Source: Sulfurimonas sp. (lineage in GTDB: Bacteria > Campylobacterota > Campylobacteria > Campylobacterales > Sulfurimonadaceae). From it: 64,000 nucleotides of DNA. The notes beneath the pieces are model-generated. The model saw nothing but the letters and a program-made list of their open reading frames with translations, was not told where the DNA came from and ran no database searches. The position numbers and the translations under genes are program-made. The stretch lies in assembly GCF_028714655.1 (NCBI RefSeq), contig NZ_JAQTLY010000013.1, forward strand, positions 1,906 through 65,905, read 5' to 3'. Below, in pieces: positions 27,739 to 37,099 of the stretch (its first letter is position 1; the number at the start of each line of letters is the position of its first letter).

Positions 27739-28569
27739 ATGAGTAAACTACAAAAAATTTTGATTCGTGCAAGACGACAGGTTTTTAGCGAAATGGTCGG
27801 TAACAATCCATCCATCTTTCAAGGCGAGGGCTATGATTTTATTGAACTTCGCGAATATATGAGCGGTGATGATATCCGTCATATCGACTGGAATATTACC
27901 GCTAAAATGCAAAAACCTTTTATCAAAATCTTTCGCGAAGAGAGAGAACTGAGTGTCGTGATAGTTTCTGTTTTAAACGGAAGCGTACATTTCGGTTCAA
28001 AAAAATTCAAACAAGAGAGTATCGCCGAGGTAGTAGCACTTCTTGGGTATTCTACTCTTAAAAACGGAGATTTGCTTAGTTCGTATATATTTACGGATGA
28101 GATGATTTCACACTCAAAACCGAGCAAAAAACTACATCTTGTTCAAAAAAGCGTTGAAGAGGTTTTAAATTTTGATGCGTTAAACCAGAAAGTTGATTTT
28201 AAAGTTATCGCAGATACTCTTTTTAAAAGACTCAAGAGAAAATCGCTTATATTGATTGTCGGTGATTATTTTGAGATGCCTGATTTTAAACTTTTAGCTA
28301 AAAAACATGAGGTAATCGCAGTCATTGTAAGAGACAGACTTGAAGAAAATCCGCCTGAGATGGGTTTCGCGTCTTTGGTAGACCCCCAGAGCGGAGCGGT
28401 GCTTGAGGGTGATTTTAACGCTTCAAGTGTAAGAGCTTATAGTAAAAAAGTTGCTATGCATGACCATAATCTCTTTGAGAGGCTTAGAAAAGATGACATA
28501 AGATTTACAAAAGTGTATACCGATTCTATTGCAAGCGTAGAACTTCGCAGACTTTTTGGAGGCAGATAG
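27739..28569 (+). CDS. DUF58 family protein (MoxR partner)
   Basis: GEGYDFIELREYMSGDDIRHIDWNITAK...IFREERE. Confidence 0.9.
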   Translation: MSKLQKILIRARRQVFSEMVGNNPSIFQGEGYDFIELREYMSGDDIRHIDWNITAKMQKPFIKIFREERELSVVIVSVLNGSVHFGSKKFKQESIAEVVALLGYSTLKNGDLLSSYIFTDEMISHSKPSKKLHLVQKSVEEVLNFDALNQKVDFKVIADTLFKRLKRKSLILIVGDYFEMPDFKLLAKKHEVIAVIVRDRLEENPPEMGFASLVDPQSGAVLEGDFNASSVRAYSKKVAMHDHNLFERLRKDDIRFTKVYTDSIASVELRRLFGGR

Positions 28570-28977
28570 ATGGCTGATATGCAAAGTTACGATATACCGC
28601 TTCACGATATAAAGCCGATTGTCCGGATAGAAGAGTATTCGCTATACTATTTTTTAGGCATCTCTCTTTTTGCCGTTGTTTTGGTCTTACTACTCTCTTA
28701 TCTGCTTTTTTCTTGGCTGAAAAAACGAAACCGATACAACAAAAGAAGAGAACATTTTGAGAGTTTAAAAACGCTGGATTTAAAGAGGACGAAAGAGAGT
28801 GCGTATGATATTACTTTTTACGGCGCAACATTTAAAAACGATTCTTTAAGACATAAAGAGTCGTATGATAACTTAGTCGGCAGGCTAGAGCGCTACAAGT
28901 ATAAAAAAGAGGTTGAGGGGTATGATGATGAGACTCTCGGTTATATAGAACTTTATAAAGGTATGATTGATGTTTGA
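28570..28977 (+). CDS. DUF4381-like small membrane protein of Bat operons
   Basis: PLHDIKP followed by one TM; position between DUF58 and the vWA gene. Confidence 0.6.
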   Translation: MADMQSYDIPLHDIKPIVRIEEYSLYYFLGISLFAVVLVLLLSYLLFSWLKKRNRYNKRREHFESLKTLDLKRTKESAYDITFYGATFKNDSLRHKESYDNLVGRLERYKYKKEVEGYDDETLGYIELYKGMIDV

Positions 28978-29899
28978 CGGAATCTACTTTGAGTTTCCTC
29001 AAATAGCATTCGTATTTCTTCTTTTTATCTTGTGTGCGAAGCTCTGCAAAATGAGATTGCCTTCTATCTACTTTCCTCATACAAGCAGTTTTTTAAAAAA
29101 CTCCGTTGCGGTATCAAAGCCGCTTTTTTTTCTAAAATGGATCGGAATCGTGATGATGATAGTTGCACTTATGTCACCGGTAAAAGATGAGAAGTACGAG
29201 TTAGAGCCAAAAGAGGGGTATGATATTGCTTTGATTTTAGATACTTCCGAGTCCATGAAAGCGGAAGGATTTGACGCAAATAATCAACGCTTAAACAGAT
29301 TTGATGTCGTAAAGAGCATAGTTAGCGATTTTATAGCCAAAAGAAAAAACGACAACATAGGTTTGGTTGTTTTTGGAGCATTCTCTTTTATAGCTTCTCC
29401 GCTTACTTATGATGAAAATATTTTAAATAAGATTGTCTCACAGCTATATATAGGAATGGCGGGAAAATATACCGCGCTCAACACTTCTCTTGCCCAAAGC
29501 GTAAATCTTTTGAAAATGAGCAAATCAAAAACCAAAATAGCTATTTTGCTTACAGACGGTTACAGTACGCCCGAGATAGACAAAATCCCGCTTGCCGTTG
29601 CCGTAGAGATGGTAAAAAAAGAGGGCATAAAGGTCTACCCCATAGGTATAGGAATGGCGCATGAGTACAACAGGGAAGTACTGCAAAAAATAGCAAATGA
29701 GAGCGGCGGAGTTGCTTTTAGCGCTTCAAGTGCCAATGAACTAAAAGAGATATACCGAAAAATCGATGAACTGGAAAAATCAGAGATAAAGGGTGAGAGT
29801 TTCAGTTATGCAAAATATTACTATCAATTTCCGCTCTTTATATCGCTTCTTTCTTTGATGCTCTATATCTATCTTAGAAATAAAAGAGGGTATGCATGA
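28970..29899 (+). CDS. batA: BatA-like vWA membrane protein (module 2)
   Basis: FEFP TM, MIDAS DTSES, DNIGLVVFG, ASPLTY and LLTDG. Confidence 0.85.
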   Translation: MFDGIYFEFPQIAFVFLLFILCAKLCKMRLPSIYFPHTSSFLKNSVAVSKPLFFLKWIGIVMMIVALMSPVKDEKYELEPKEGYDIALILDTSESMKAEGFDANNQRLNRFDVVKSIVSDFIAKRKNDNIGLVVFGAFSFIASPLTYDENILNKIVSQLYIGMAGKYTALNTSLAQSVNLLKMSKSKTKIAILLTDGYSTPEIDKIPLAVAVEMVKKEGIKVYPIGIGMAHEYNREVLQKIANESGGVAFSASSANELKEIYRKIDELEKSEIKGESFSYAKYYYQFPLFISLLSLMLYIYLRNKRGYA

Positions 29900-31710
29900 C
29901 TTTTTTGCACCCTGAATTTTTATACTATATGCTGCCTCCGCTGTTTATCCTTTTTGGTTTTTTGCTTACCCAAAAAGAGTCTAATGCCTACTTTTTTTCC
30001 AAAGAAGTTATGGATAAACTTCGCGTAAGAGCCGATACTTTGACGCTTCAAGCCAGAAATGCTCTTTTTTTGCTTATGGGATTTTTTATGATAATTGCCC
30101 TTGCCCAGCCCGTCATAAAAGAGGGTAAAGCTCAGGTGATGGCAAAAAGCGCGGATATTATGATTGCCATAGATATATCGGACTCTATGCTTGCTACAGA
30201 TATTTATCCAAACCGCTTGGAAGCGGCAAAACAAAAGGTGCTTGCTCTTTTGGGCGGGGATTTTAATGAGCGTGTAGGCATAGTGGCATTTGCAAAAAAT
30301 TCATATCTTGTTTCACCGCTTAGTTTTGATAAAAGTGCGGTGTCGTTTTTGCTTCGTCAGTTGGATACATCGTCTATTACCGAAAAAGGAACCGATTTTT
30401 TATCTGTTTTGGATGTGGTGAGCAAAGCGCAAGAGAGTCAGGATAAAAAGTATCTTCTAATTTTGAGCGACGGCGGAGACAATGATGATTTTAAAAATGA
30501 GATAGAGTTGGCAAAAAAGCACAATATAACGGTTTTTATCTTAGGCACCGCAACAAAAAAAGGTTCTCCGGTAAAGCTTCAAGACGGAACTTTTATAAAA
30601 TATAACGGTGATATCATTATCTCAAAACTGAATGAGAAAATTGCACCTTTGGCTACAAATACAGGCGGAGTTTATATAGAGAGCACAACCTCCTTGGATG
30701 ACATAAAAACAATGCTAAGCGAGATAAAGAGCGTGAGTGAGAAAAAAGAGCTAAAGAGCCAAGAGATTCAAAAAAACAGACCGCTCTTTTACTATCCTCT
30801 TGGAGTTGCACTTCTTATTTTACTTATCGCTACAAGCTCTCTTAGCAAGAGAAAAAGTGTAAATACGGCATCTCTGTTTATACTCTTCTCTCTTTTATTT
30901 AACCCATCATATACGCAAGCGGGAATGTTTGATTTTATGGAGCTTAAAAAAGCAAAAGAGGCTTATGAAAACGGAGAGTTTGAAGAGTCGGCAAAGTTAT
31001 ATGAAAAGTATGCAAAAGAGAGTGCAAAACCTGAAGCGTACTTTAATGCGGGAAATGCTTTTTATAAACAAAAAAAGTATAAAGAGGCGATAGAGTCATA
31101 CAATAAAGCAGCGTTTGCCGATGAAAATGCAAAAGCAAAAAATTTCTCAAACTTGGGTAATGCTTATGCCAAAGAGGCGAAACAGGATAGTCTGCAAAAG
31201 GCAAAAGAGGCATATGAAAAATCGCTTGGCATCAAAGAAGACAAAGAGACAAGAGAAAATCTGCAAGAAGTTGAAAAACTCCTAGAGAAGCAAAAAGAGA
31301 GCGGACAAAACAAAGAGAATAAACAAAACGATAAAGACCAAAACTCAAAAGAGGGTGAAAAAAAATCGGACGAAAAAGATAAATCAAAAGAGCAAAAAGA
31401 GAGTTCAAAAGATAAAGAGTCCAAAGACAAAGCTAAAAATCCCGATGAGGCTAAAAGTCAAAAAGAGCAAAACGGCAAATCCGATCAACCTAAGCAGAGT
31501 AAAAAAGATGAGCCTAAAGAGGCAGATAAAAGTGATAAAAATGCTTCAACAAGTTCACATACGACAGAGCAAAAGCCCGATAAAGAGAATATGAGCGATG
31601 CAGAACAGCAGAAGTGGATAGAGCAACTGGGTACTAAAAACAGTACATATCTCTATAAGCTAAATGATGAAAAATCAAAGAGAAGTAATTTAAACGAGAA
31701 ACCTTGGTAG
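29896..31710 (+). CDS. batB: BatB/BatC-like vWA + TPR protein (module 2)
   Basis: MIDAS DISDS, DIYPNRL, LSDGG, TPRs (YFNAGNAFYKQKKYKEA; NLGNAY), long K/E/Q/D low-complexity linker, C-terminal KPW. Confidence 0.82.
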   Translation: MTFLHPEFLYYMLPPLFILFGFLLTQKESNAYFFSKEVMDKLRVRADTLTLQARNALFLLMGFFMIIALAQPVIKEGKAQVMAKSADIMIAIDISDSMLATDIYPNRLEAAKQKVLALLGGDFNERVGIVAFAKNSYLVSPLSFDKSAVSFLLRQLDTSSITEKGTDFLSVLDVVSKAQESQDKKYLLILSDGGDNDDFKNEIELAKKHNITVFILGTATKKGSPVKLQDGTFIKYNGDIIISKLNEKIAPLATNTGGVYIESTTSLDDIKTMLSEIKSVSEKKELKSQEIQKNRPLFYYPLGVALLILLIATSSLSKRKSVNTASLFILFSLLFNPSYTQAGMFDFMELKKAKEAYENGEFEESAKLYEKYAKESAKPEAYFNAGNAFYKQKKYKEAIESYNKAAFADENAKAKNFSNLGNAYAKEAKQDSLQKAKEAYEKSLGIKEDKETRENLQEVEKLLEKQKESGQNKENKQNDKDQNSKEGEKKSDEKDKSKEQKESSKDKESKDKAKNPDEAKSQKEQNGKSDQPKQSKKDEPKEADKSDKNASTSSHTTEQKPDKENMSDAEQQKWIEQLGTKNSTYLYKLNDEKSKRSNLNEKPW

Positions 31711-31732
31711 GAACTGATTTAAAGGAAAAAAA

Positions 31733-33151
31733 TTGAACACTATTTTAAAACTGCTATTTTTACTGCTGATAACTTCACATGGAGTAGAAGCGTCTGTTAT
31801 AGCTAAAGTCGATTCTAAAAAAGTAGAACTTGGAGAGATGGTTACTTACTCTTTGACGATTGTAGGGGAGGATGTCACAAGACCAAATATACAAAGATTG
31901 TGCGATAACGATGTCATCTCTACGAGTTCCCAAACAAATATGCAGATTATTAACGGAAAAGTTAGTAAAAGTTATACGCTAAGTTATAAATTCGTGCCGC
32001 AAAAGAGTTGTAAGATTGAACCTCTCGAAATTGAGATTAACTCTAAGCTAGAAGCAAGCAATGCGGTAGAGATAGAAGTAGTTCCTGTAAGCGGAACAAA
32101 AGATTCGGACTTTGCTTTAACTCTTAGCAGTGATAAAAAAGAGCTTTTTGTCGGTGAAGCGTTTGACTTGACGCTTACTTTTAAGCAAAAAAGCAATGCC
32201 GAAGCCGTTGATAGTAAATTTACGCCTCCGGAGTTAAAAGGTTTTTGGGTTAAAAGTGAGTCAAAACCCCAGAGATATGAAGATGCAAAATATATAATAA
32301 CAAAGATAATCTATACTATGGCGCCTCAAAGAGCAGGGGAACTTATCGTTACAAAAGCTCAAATGCAGATAGCTTCAAGAAGCAGCGGTGCAGATAGTTG
32401 GGGCGCTTGGATTCCTACTATTAAGTGGAAAACTTACTTCTCAAATGAACTGACTTTTGATGTAAAACCGCTTCCGTCTGGAGTTACATTGGCAGGCAGT
32501 TTTAGCATAAATGCAACGGTCGATAAAACTCAAGTAGATGCAAATGAGCCGGCAAATGTAACTATAGAAGTGCAGGGAAGCGGAAATTTAGAGGATATAA
32601 AAAGTTTTAAACCAAATATCGATGGAGTAGCGGTTTTTGATGAAAAGATTGTCATTGACGGTGCAAAACTGACTCAAAAGATAACTTTTGTCGCTGAGGG
32701 AGATTTTGTCATCCCATCATTTTCTCTAAACTATTTTGATACAAAAACAAGAGATGTAAAAACCGTATCGACCAAAGAGATAGCCCTAAATGTAAAAAAC
32801 TCCAAACAAAAAGAGAGCTTAAATATACAAAGAGAAGTTCCAAAAGCAGAGCAAACAGAGATGCTCTCAACTGAAAAACAAGAGAATTCTTTGTTGTTTG
32901 TACTATTTTTATTAGGTCTTGTATGCGGGATTTTGATTATGATTTTTAAAGGTAAAATGAGCTTTAAAAGAGAGCAAAAAAGCTCCCCAAAAGAGCCAAA
33001 AACTCTTCTGATGAGACTTCTTCCTTTTAAGGATGATGCAGAAGTAAAAGAGATAATAGAAAATTTAGAAAAAAATATATACTCAAATCAAAATATACAA
33101 TTAGATAAAAAAGTTCTAAATAAAATTAAAAATAGATATAAAATTTTATAG
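31733..33151 (+). CDS. batD: BatD-like protein (module 2)
   Basis: TTG start, signal peptide, AKVDSKKVELGEMVTY, SSQTNMQIING, GSFSI...TIEVQGSGN and a C-terminal TM. Confidence 0.78.
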   Translation: MNTILKLLFLLLITSHGVEASVIAKVDSKKVELGEMVTYSLTIVGEDVTRPNIQRLCDNDVISTSSQTNMQIINGKVSKSYTLSYKFVPQKSCKIEPLEIEINSKLEASNAVEIEVVPVSGTKDSDFALTLSSDKKELFVGEAFDLTLTFKQKSNAEAVDSKFTPPELKGFWVKSESKPQRYEDAKYIITKIIYTMAPQRAGELIVTKAQMQIASRSSGADSWGAWIPTIKWKTYFSNELTFDVKPLPSGVTLAGSFSINATVDKTQVDANEPANVTIEVQGSGNLEDIKSFKPNIDGVAVFDEKIVIDGAKLTQKITFVAEGDFVIPSFSLNYFDTKTRDVKTVSTKEIALNVKNSKQKESLNIQREVPKAEQTEMLSTEKQENSLLFVLFLLGLVCGILIMIFKGKMSFKREQKSSPKEPKTLLMRLLPFKDDAEVKEIIENLEKNIYSNQNIQLDKKVLNKIKNRYKIL

Positions 33152-33314
33152 AATGATTTGTATTTCTTATAATGCAGCCGTTTCATAAAGAGACATTACA
33201 ATAAATTATATTTTTTATTATTTCAAATTAACTTTAATTTAAGAATATCACTATACAATTCCACTCCATTTTTAAAAATAGCAGCTTGAGTTGCTAATTA
33301 CACAGGAGAAAGAG

Positions 33315-33548
33315 ATGAAAAAGTTAATAAGCGGTTTAATAGTTGTATCTGTATTATTTATAGGTTGTGATAAAAAAACGAAAGAGGCTCCGGCAGCAGC
33401 AACTACGGTTGTAGCTCCGGCGGCAGTAGCTCCTACAGCTCCGGTTGAAGCTGCGGCTCCGGCAGCTCCTGTTGCAGAAACTCCGGCAGTTCCGGTTGCA
33501 GAAGCTCCGGCTACACCGGCTCCGACTGAAGCTCCGGCAACTAAATAA
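33315..33548 (+). CDS. Small Ala/Pro-rich lipoprotein (77 aa)
   Basis: AGGAG RBS, lipobox FIGC, mature region of imperfect APA/EAP repeats encoded by GCTCCG repeats. Confidence 0.8.
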   Translation: MKKLISGLIVVSVLFIGCDKKTKEAPAAATTVVAPAAVAPTAPVEAAAPAAPVAETPAVPVAEAPATPAPTEAPATK

Positions 33549-33568
33549 TTTAATACTCTGATTAAACA

Positions 33569-33639
33569 TAGATTGCTTCGTCGCAGGCTCCTTGGCACAT
33601 GACCGTCATTGCGAGCTTCTTTAGAAGCGCGGCAATCTA
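33569..33639. repeat. REP-like palindromic doublet, family A (copy 2)
   Basis: TAGATTGCTTCG...ATGAC-C-GTCATTGCGAG...GCGCGGCAATCTA. Confidence 0.8.
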
Positions 33640-33671
33640 AAAAACATAATTATTCAGAGAGTTCAATTACT

Positions 33672-33701
33672 AAAAGAGCAATACAAAGGTGTTGCTCTTT
33701 T
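33672..33701. terminator. Bidirectional intrinsic terminator between the small lipoprotein gene and tyrA
   Basis: AAAAGAGCAATA-CAAAGG-TGTTGCTCTTTT; A tract before and T tract after, between convergent genes. Confidence 0.7.
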
Positions 33702-33714
33702 CTACCTTTTTGAA

Positions 33715-33853
33715 TAGACTTCTTGCAAACCAAAGATCCTGAATCAAGTTCAGGATGACGGAAGTTCACAAATCTAGTCATTCCAAGCTTGTACCACAAG
33801 GGTATTTCCTTTGGTCACTTGGAATCTAATTTTTAGGTTATGCAAGAACTCTA
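33715..33853 (+). mobile_element. MITE-like composite repeat, family B (139 bp)
   Basis: TIRs TAGACTTCTTGCAAACC / GGTTATGCAAGAACTCTA; same internal layout as 12250-12381. Confidence 0.78.
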
Positions 33854-33873
33854 ATAAAAAATTTTATAAAAAT

Positions 33874-34704
33874 CTAATCCAAAATATCGTGAAGTCTGTT
33901 TCCGGCTTCCAAGTTTTTATGCACCTTTTCCCACTCTTCGTTTTCAATGTACCCTTTGAGAAGTTTTAGCTCATCTTCAAATAACTCAATTGCTTCAATG
34001 AGATTTATTTTGTTCTGTCTAAAGATATCTTCCCACATATTTGCGGAACTTTTTGCCAAACGGCTCATAGAACGAAATCCTCCTGCCGCAAGAGCCAAAA
34101 TATTGTGCTTGTTCTCTTGGTTCATAACGGTGTTTGCAAGGGAATACGAGATAGCGTGAGGCATATGCGAGATAAATGCCGCATGTCGGTCATGTTCATT
34201 TGCAGGCATAAAATACTTCTTCATCTCAAGCGCTTTAAATATCTTTTTTGCGACCTTTGCCTGTTTTTCTCCGCTGTTGCCGATGTCGCATAAAACTACG
34301 ACTTTATCTCTGTATAGGTCATCAATAGCCGCTTTTGGACCGAAGTTTTCAGTTCCCGTCATAGGGTGAGCTGCTACAAAATTTTCTCTTATCTCCGCCG
34401 GAACTGAAGCGACAATTTTGGCTTTTGTACTGCCGAGATCTATAATAGTTGTCTCTTTTTTTACATCGGTTAAATTTTTAAGTGCCGATATAACTCCGTC
34501 AACCGGTATTGCAAGAAAAATAACATCATAATTTTTAACTTCGCCAAACTCTACTATACTATCGACTAAACCGAGTTCCATAGCTTCTTGCCGGTGGATT
34601 TTATTGTGATCGCTTCCAACGATGCTGTTGATAAAATCTAATTTTTTTAGACTTATGGCAAGTGAACCTCCCATAAGTCCCAATCCTACTATCGCTACAT
34701 TCAT
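33874..34704 (-). CDS. tyrA: Prephenate dehydrogenase
   Basis: IVGLGLMGGSLA, DLGSTK, HPMTGTE and HDRHAAFISHMPH. Confidence 0.93.
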   Translation of the reverse strand: MNVAIVGLGLMGGSLAISLKKLDFINSIVGSDHNKIHRQEAMELGLVDSIVEFGEVKNYDVIFLAIPVDGVISALKNLTDVKKETTIIDLGSTKAKIVASVPAEIRENFVAAHPMTGTENFGPKAAIDDLYRDKVVVLCDIGNSGEKQAKVAKKIFKALEMKKYFMPANEHDRHAAFISHMPHAISYSLANTVMNQENKHNILALAAGGFRSMSRLAKSSANMWEDIFRQNKINLIEAIELFEDELKLLKGYIENEEWEKVHKNLEAGNRLHDILD

Positions 34705-34807
34705 TCTATAATTCTTTGTAATAAATTTGCTAAATTATACAGAGTTTACTTAATATTAACCTCATAAAAGGTAAAATCTCTACTTATTTTACAATCTTGG
34801 AAATTTA

Positions 34808-37069
34808 ATGAGAATATTTTTACCACTATTTCTATCTCTGCTGGCGGCAAACTCTTTTGCAGATACGATAAAATCAATAAAATATGACGGTATGGTTCAT
34901 ATGTCGGAGTCCGTAGCGCTGAGAATGCTTAAGTTTGAAGTGGGCGATACGCTCGATAAAGAGAAGCTTGACGCGTCTATAAAAGAGTATTATAGACAGG
35001 GCTACTTTGAAGATATTTGGGCAGATATCAATGATGAGGGAGTTTTGACATTTCACTTTAAAGAGAAACCTCATATTTCAAAGATAGAGTTAAAAGGATG
35101 GAAAGAGAACGATTCCGATATTAGAAACAGTATTATCCAGATAAAAGTGGGTTCTCTTTACGATGAGAAAAAGCTTGAAGCCGCAAAAAAAAGAATTATC
35201 GAAGCGATAAATAAAGATGCAAAGATTGACAGCGTAGTTGAAATAAAGAAAGAGTATCTTGAAAACGGAAGTGTCGCGGTTACTTTTTTGGTAAACGAGG
35301 GTGAAGAGATAATCATTAAAGATTTAACCTATAGCGGTATGAATAATTTGAATATTGATGAACTTGATGATGTTATCGCAAATAAAGAGCGAGAGTTTAT
35401 GGGATGGCTGTGGGGAAGAAACGACGGTAAGATGAAAGTAGCTGATTTGGCATACGATCCTCTTAGAATCCGCGATGTTTATATGCAACACGGTTATTTG
35501 GATATTGATGTAAAAGAACCTTTTGCAAAGGTGAATTTTGATAATTATACTGCCGATATGAGCTATCAGATAGCAGAGGGTGAGGTTTACAGCGTAAGCG
35601 ATATAAAAATAAATCAGGTTAAAAATGTAGTTGATGATGCACTCATTAAAGAGTTGATAAAACTACAGATCGGTAAACCTTTCAATATTAAAACTTTCCG
35701 CGAAGATGCCCAAAGAATTAAAACTCTTATAGCGGATTTGAGTTATGCATTTGTTGAAGTCGTTCCGGATTTGAAAAAAAATCCTGAAAAACAGACTGTT
35801 GAGGTTGTTTTTAAAATTACTCCGGGTGACAAAGTGAAAATTAGAAATGTAATCATCTCCGGAAATAACAGAACGCTAGACAGAATTATCCGAAGAGAGC
35901 TATATCTAGGTCCAAATGATATGTACTCTTTAACGGATTTAACAGACTCAAGAAATGCACTTGGACGACTCGGCTTTTTTGACGGAAATACTATCGAAGA
36001 AAAAAGAATAAACAATCAAACTATGGATTTGATTGTTAAGGTAAAAGAGGCTCCGACGGGAAATATTCAACTTGGCGGCGGATATGGAAGTTACGGCGGG
36101 ATTCTTATAAGCGTTGCCGTTAATGATAGAAATATTTGGGGTTCCGGTATTGATATCGGTATAAAAGCGGAACGCTCAGAATTGACATCTAACTACTCAT
36201 TTAATATATCAAATCCACGGCTAAACGATAGCGATTTTAGCGGTAACTTTTCTATTTTTACATCTGAGTATCAGTACAACGACTATACCGTTATGTCAGA
36301 CGGATTGACTCTTGGGGTGGGACATAGATTCACCAGATATATTAGCGGACATATCGGCTACGGTTTTTCAGATAATAGTTATAAGTTTGAGAATAATTCA
36401 CTAGACAAAGATAACCCTTACTTTCAAGATTATGCAAAAAGTTCTGTTACCGTAAGTGCAAAATATGACAATACGGATGATTTTTATATGCCTAGAAAAG
36501 GTATTATAGTAACTCAAAGTATAGAAAATGCAGGACTTGGATCCGATGCCAGTTTTATAAAAAGCAGAACGGGCTTTTCGACATTTAAAGGGCTTGACGA
36601 GTATGTCGGTTTTGATCTTATTGCAAGATACAAAGCAAGGCTAAACTATGTAAAAGAGTTGGATTTTTTACCTGTAGCCGAGAGATTTTATATGGGCGGT
36701 ATCGGAAGCGTTAGAGGATATGAGTCATATTCATTGTCTCCAAAAACAAGAGTAGATTCAAACGCTAAAGACGGGATAAGAAGATACGGAGGAGAATATA
36801 GCGCTACAAACAGTTTTGAGCTAAGCTTTCCTTTGGTTCCAAAGGCAAAAATGCGTGCGGTTACATATCTTGATTGGGGTTATATAGGAACAAGCGAGAG
36901 CGCCGGAAACGGCTATGATATACAAAATCTCTCTCGCGGCGGATGCGGAGCAGGATTGGAATGGTTCTCCCCCGTCGGACCTATTCAGTTGATGTTCTCG
37001 AAAGCTTTAGCAGAAGAGAAGGGTGATAAAACAGCCGTATTTGAGTTTACTATGGGGCAAAGATTTTAA
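34808..37069 (+). CDS. bamA: Outer-membrane protein assembly factor BamA
   Basis: Signal peptide, POTRA repeats, GNNRTLDRIIRRE, VRGYE motif, SPVGPI and terminal F. Confidence 0.96.
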   Translation: MRIFLPLFLSLLAANSFADTIKSIKYDGMVHMSESVALRMLKFEVGDTLDKEKLDASIKEYYRQGYFEDIWADINDEGVLTFHFKEKPHISKIELKGWKENDSDIRNSIIQIKVGSLYDEKKLEAAKKRIIEAINKDAKIDSVVEIKKEYLENGSVAVTFLVNEGEEIIIKDLTYSGMNNLNIDELDDVIANKEREFMGWLWGRNDGKMKVADLAYDPLRIRDVYMQHGYLDIDVKEPFAKVNFDNYTADMSYQIAEGEVYSVSDIKINQVKNVVDDALIKELIKLQIGKPFNIKTFREDAQRIKTLIADLSYAFVEVVPDLKKNPEKQTVEVVFKITPGDKVKIRNVIISGNNRTLDRIIRRELYLGPNDMYSLTDLTDSRNALGRLGFFDGNTIEEKRINNQTMDLIVKVKEAPTGNIQLGGGYGSYGGILISVAVNDRNIWGSGIDIGIKAERSELTSNYSFNISNPRLNDSDFSGNFSIFTSEYQYNDYTVMSDGLTLGVGHRFTRYISGHIGYGFSDNSYKFENNSLDKDNPYFQDYAKSSVTVSAKYDNTDDFYMPRKGIIVTQSIENAGLGSDASFIKSRTGFSTFKGLDEYVGFDLIARYKARLNYVKELDFLPVAERFYMGGIGSVRGYESYSLSPKTRVDSNAKDGIRRYGGEYSATNSFELSFPLVPKAKMRAVTYLDWGYIGTSESAGNGYDIQNLSRGGCGAGLEWFSPVGPIQLMFSKALAEEKGDKTAVFEFTMGQRF

Positions 37070-37099
37070 AATAATGAATTGAAGTCTTTAAGTCAAGAT

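Noticed and set aside
31270-31620. K/E/Q/D low-complexity tract in the BatB-like gene as a tandem repeat or frameshift site
   Set aside because: There is no nucleotide periodicity and the frame is open; such linkers are normal in BatB/BatC-type proteins.
33272-33598. 108-aa Gly/Ala-rich ORF antisense to the small lipoprotein
   Set aside because: It is the mirror of the GCTCCG repeat; the plus-strand ORF has the RBS and lipobox.
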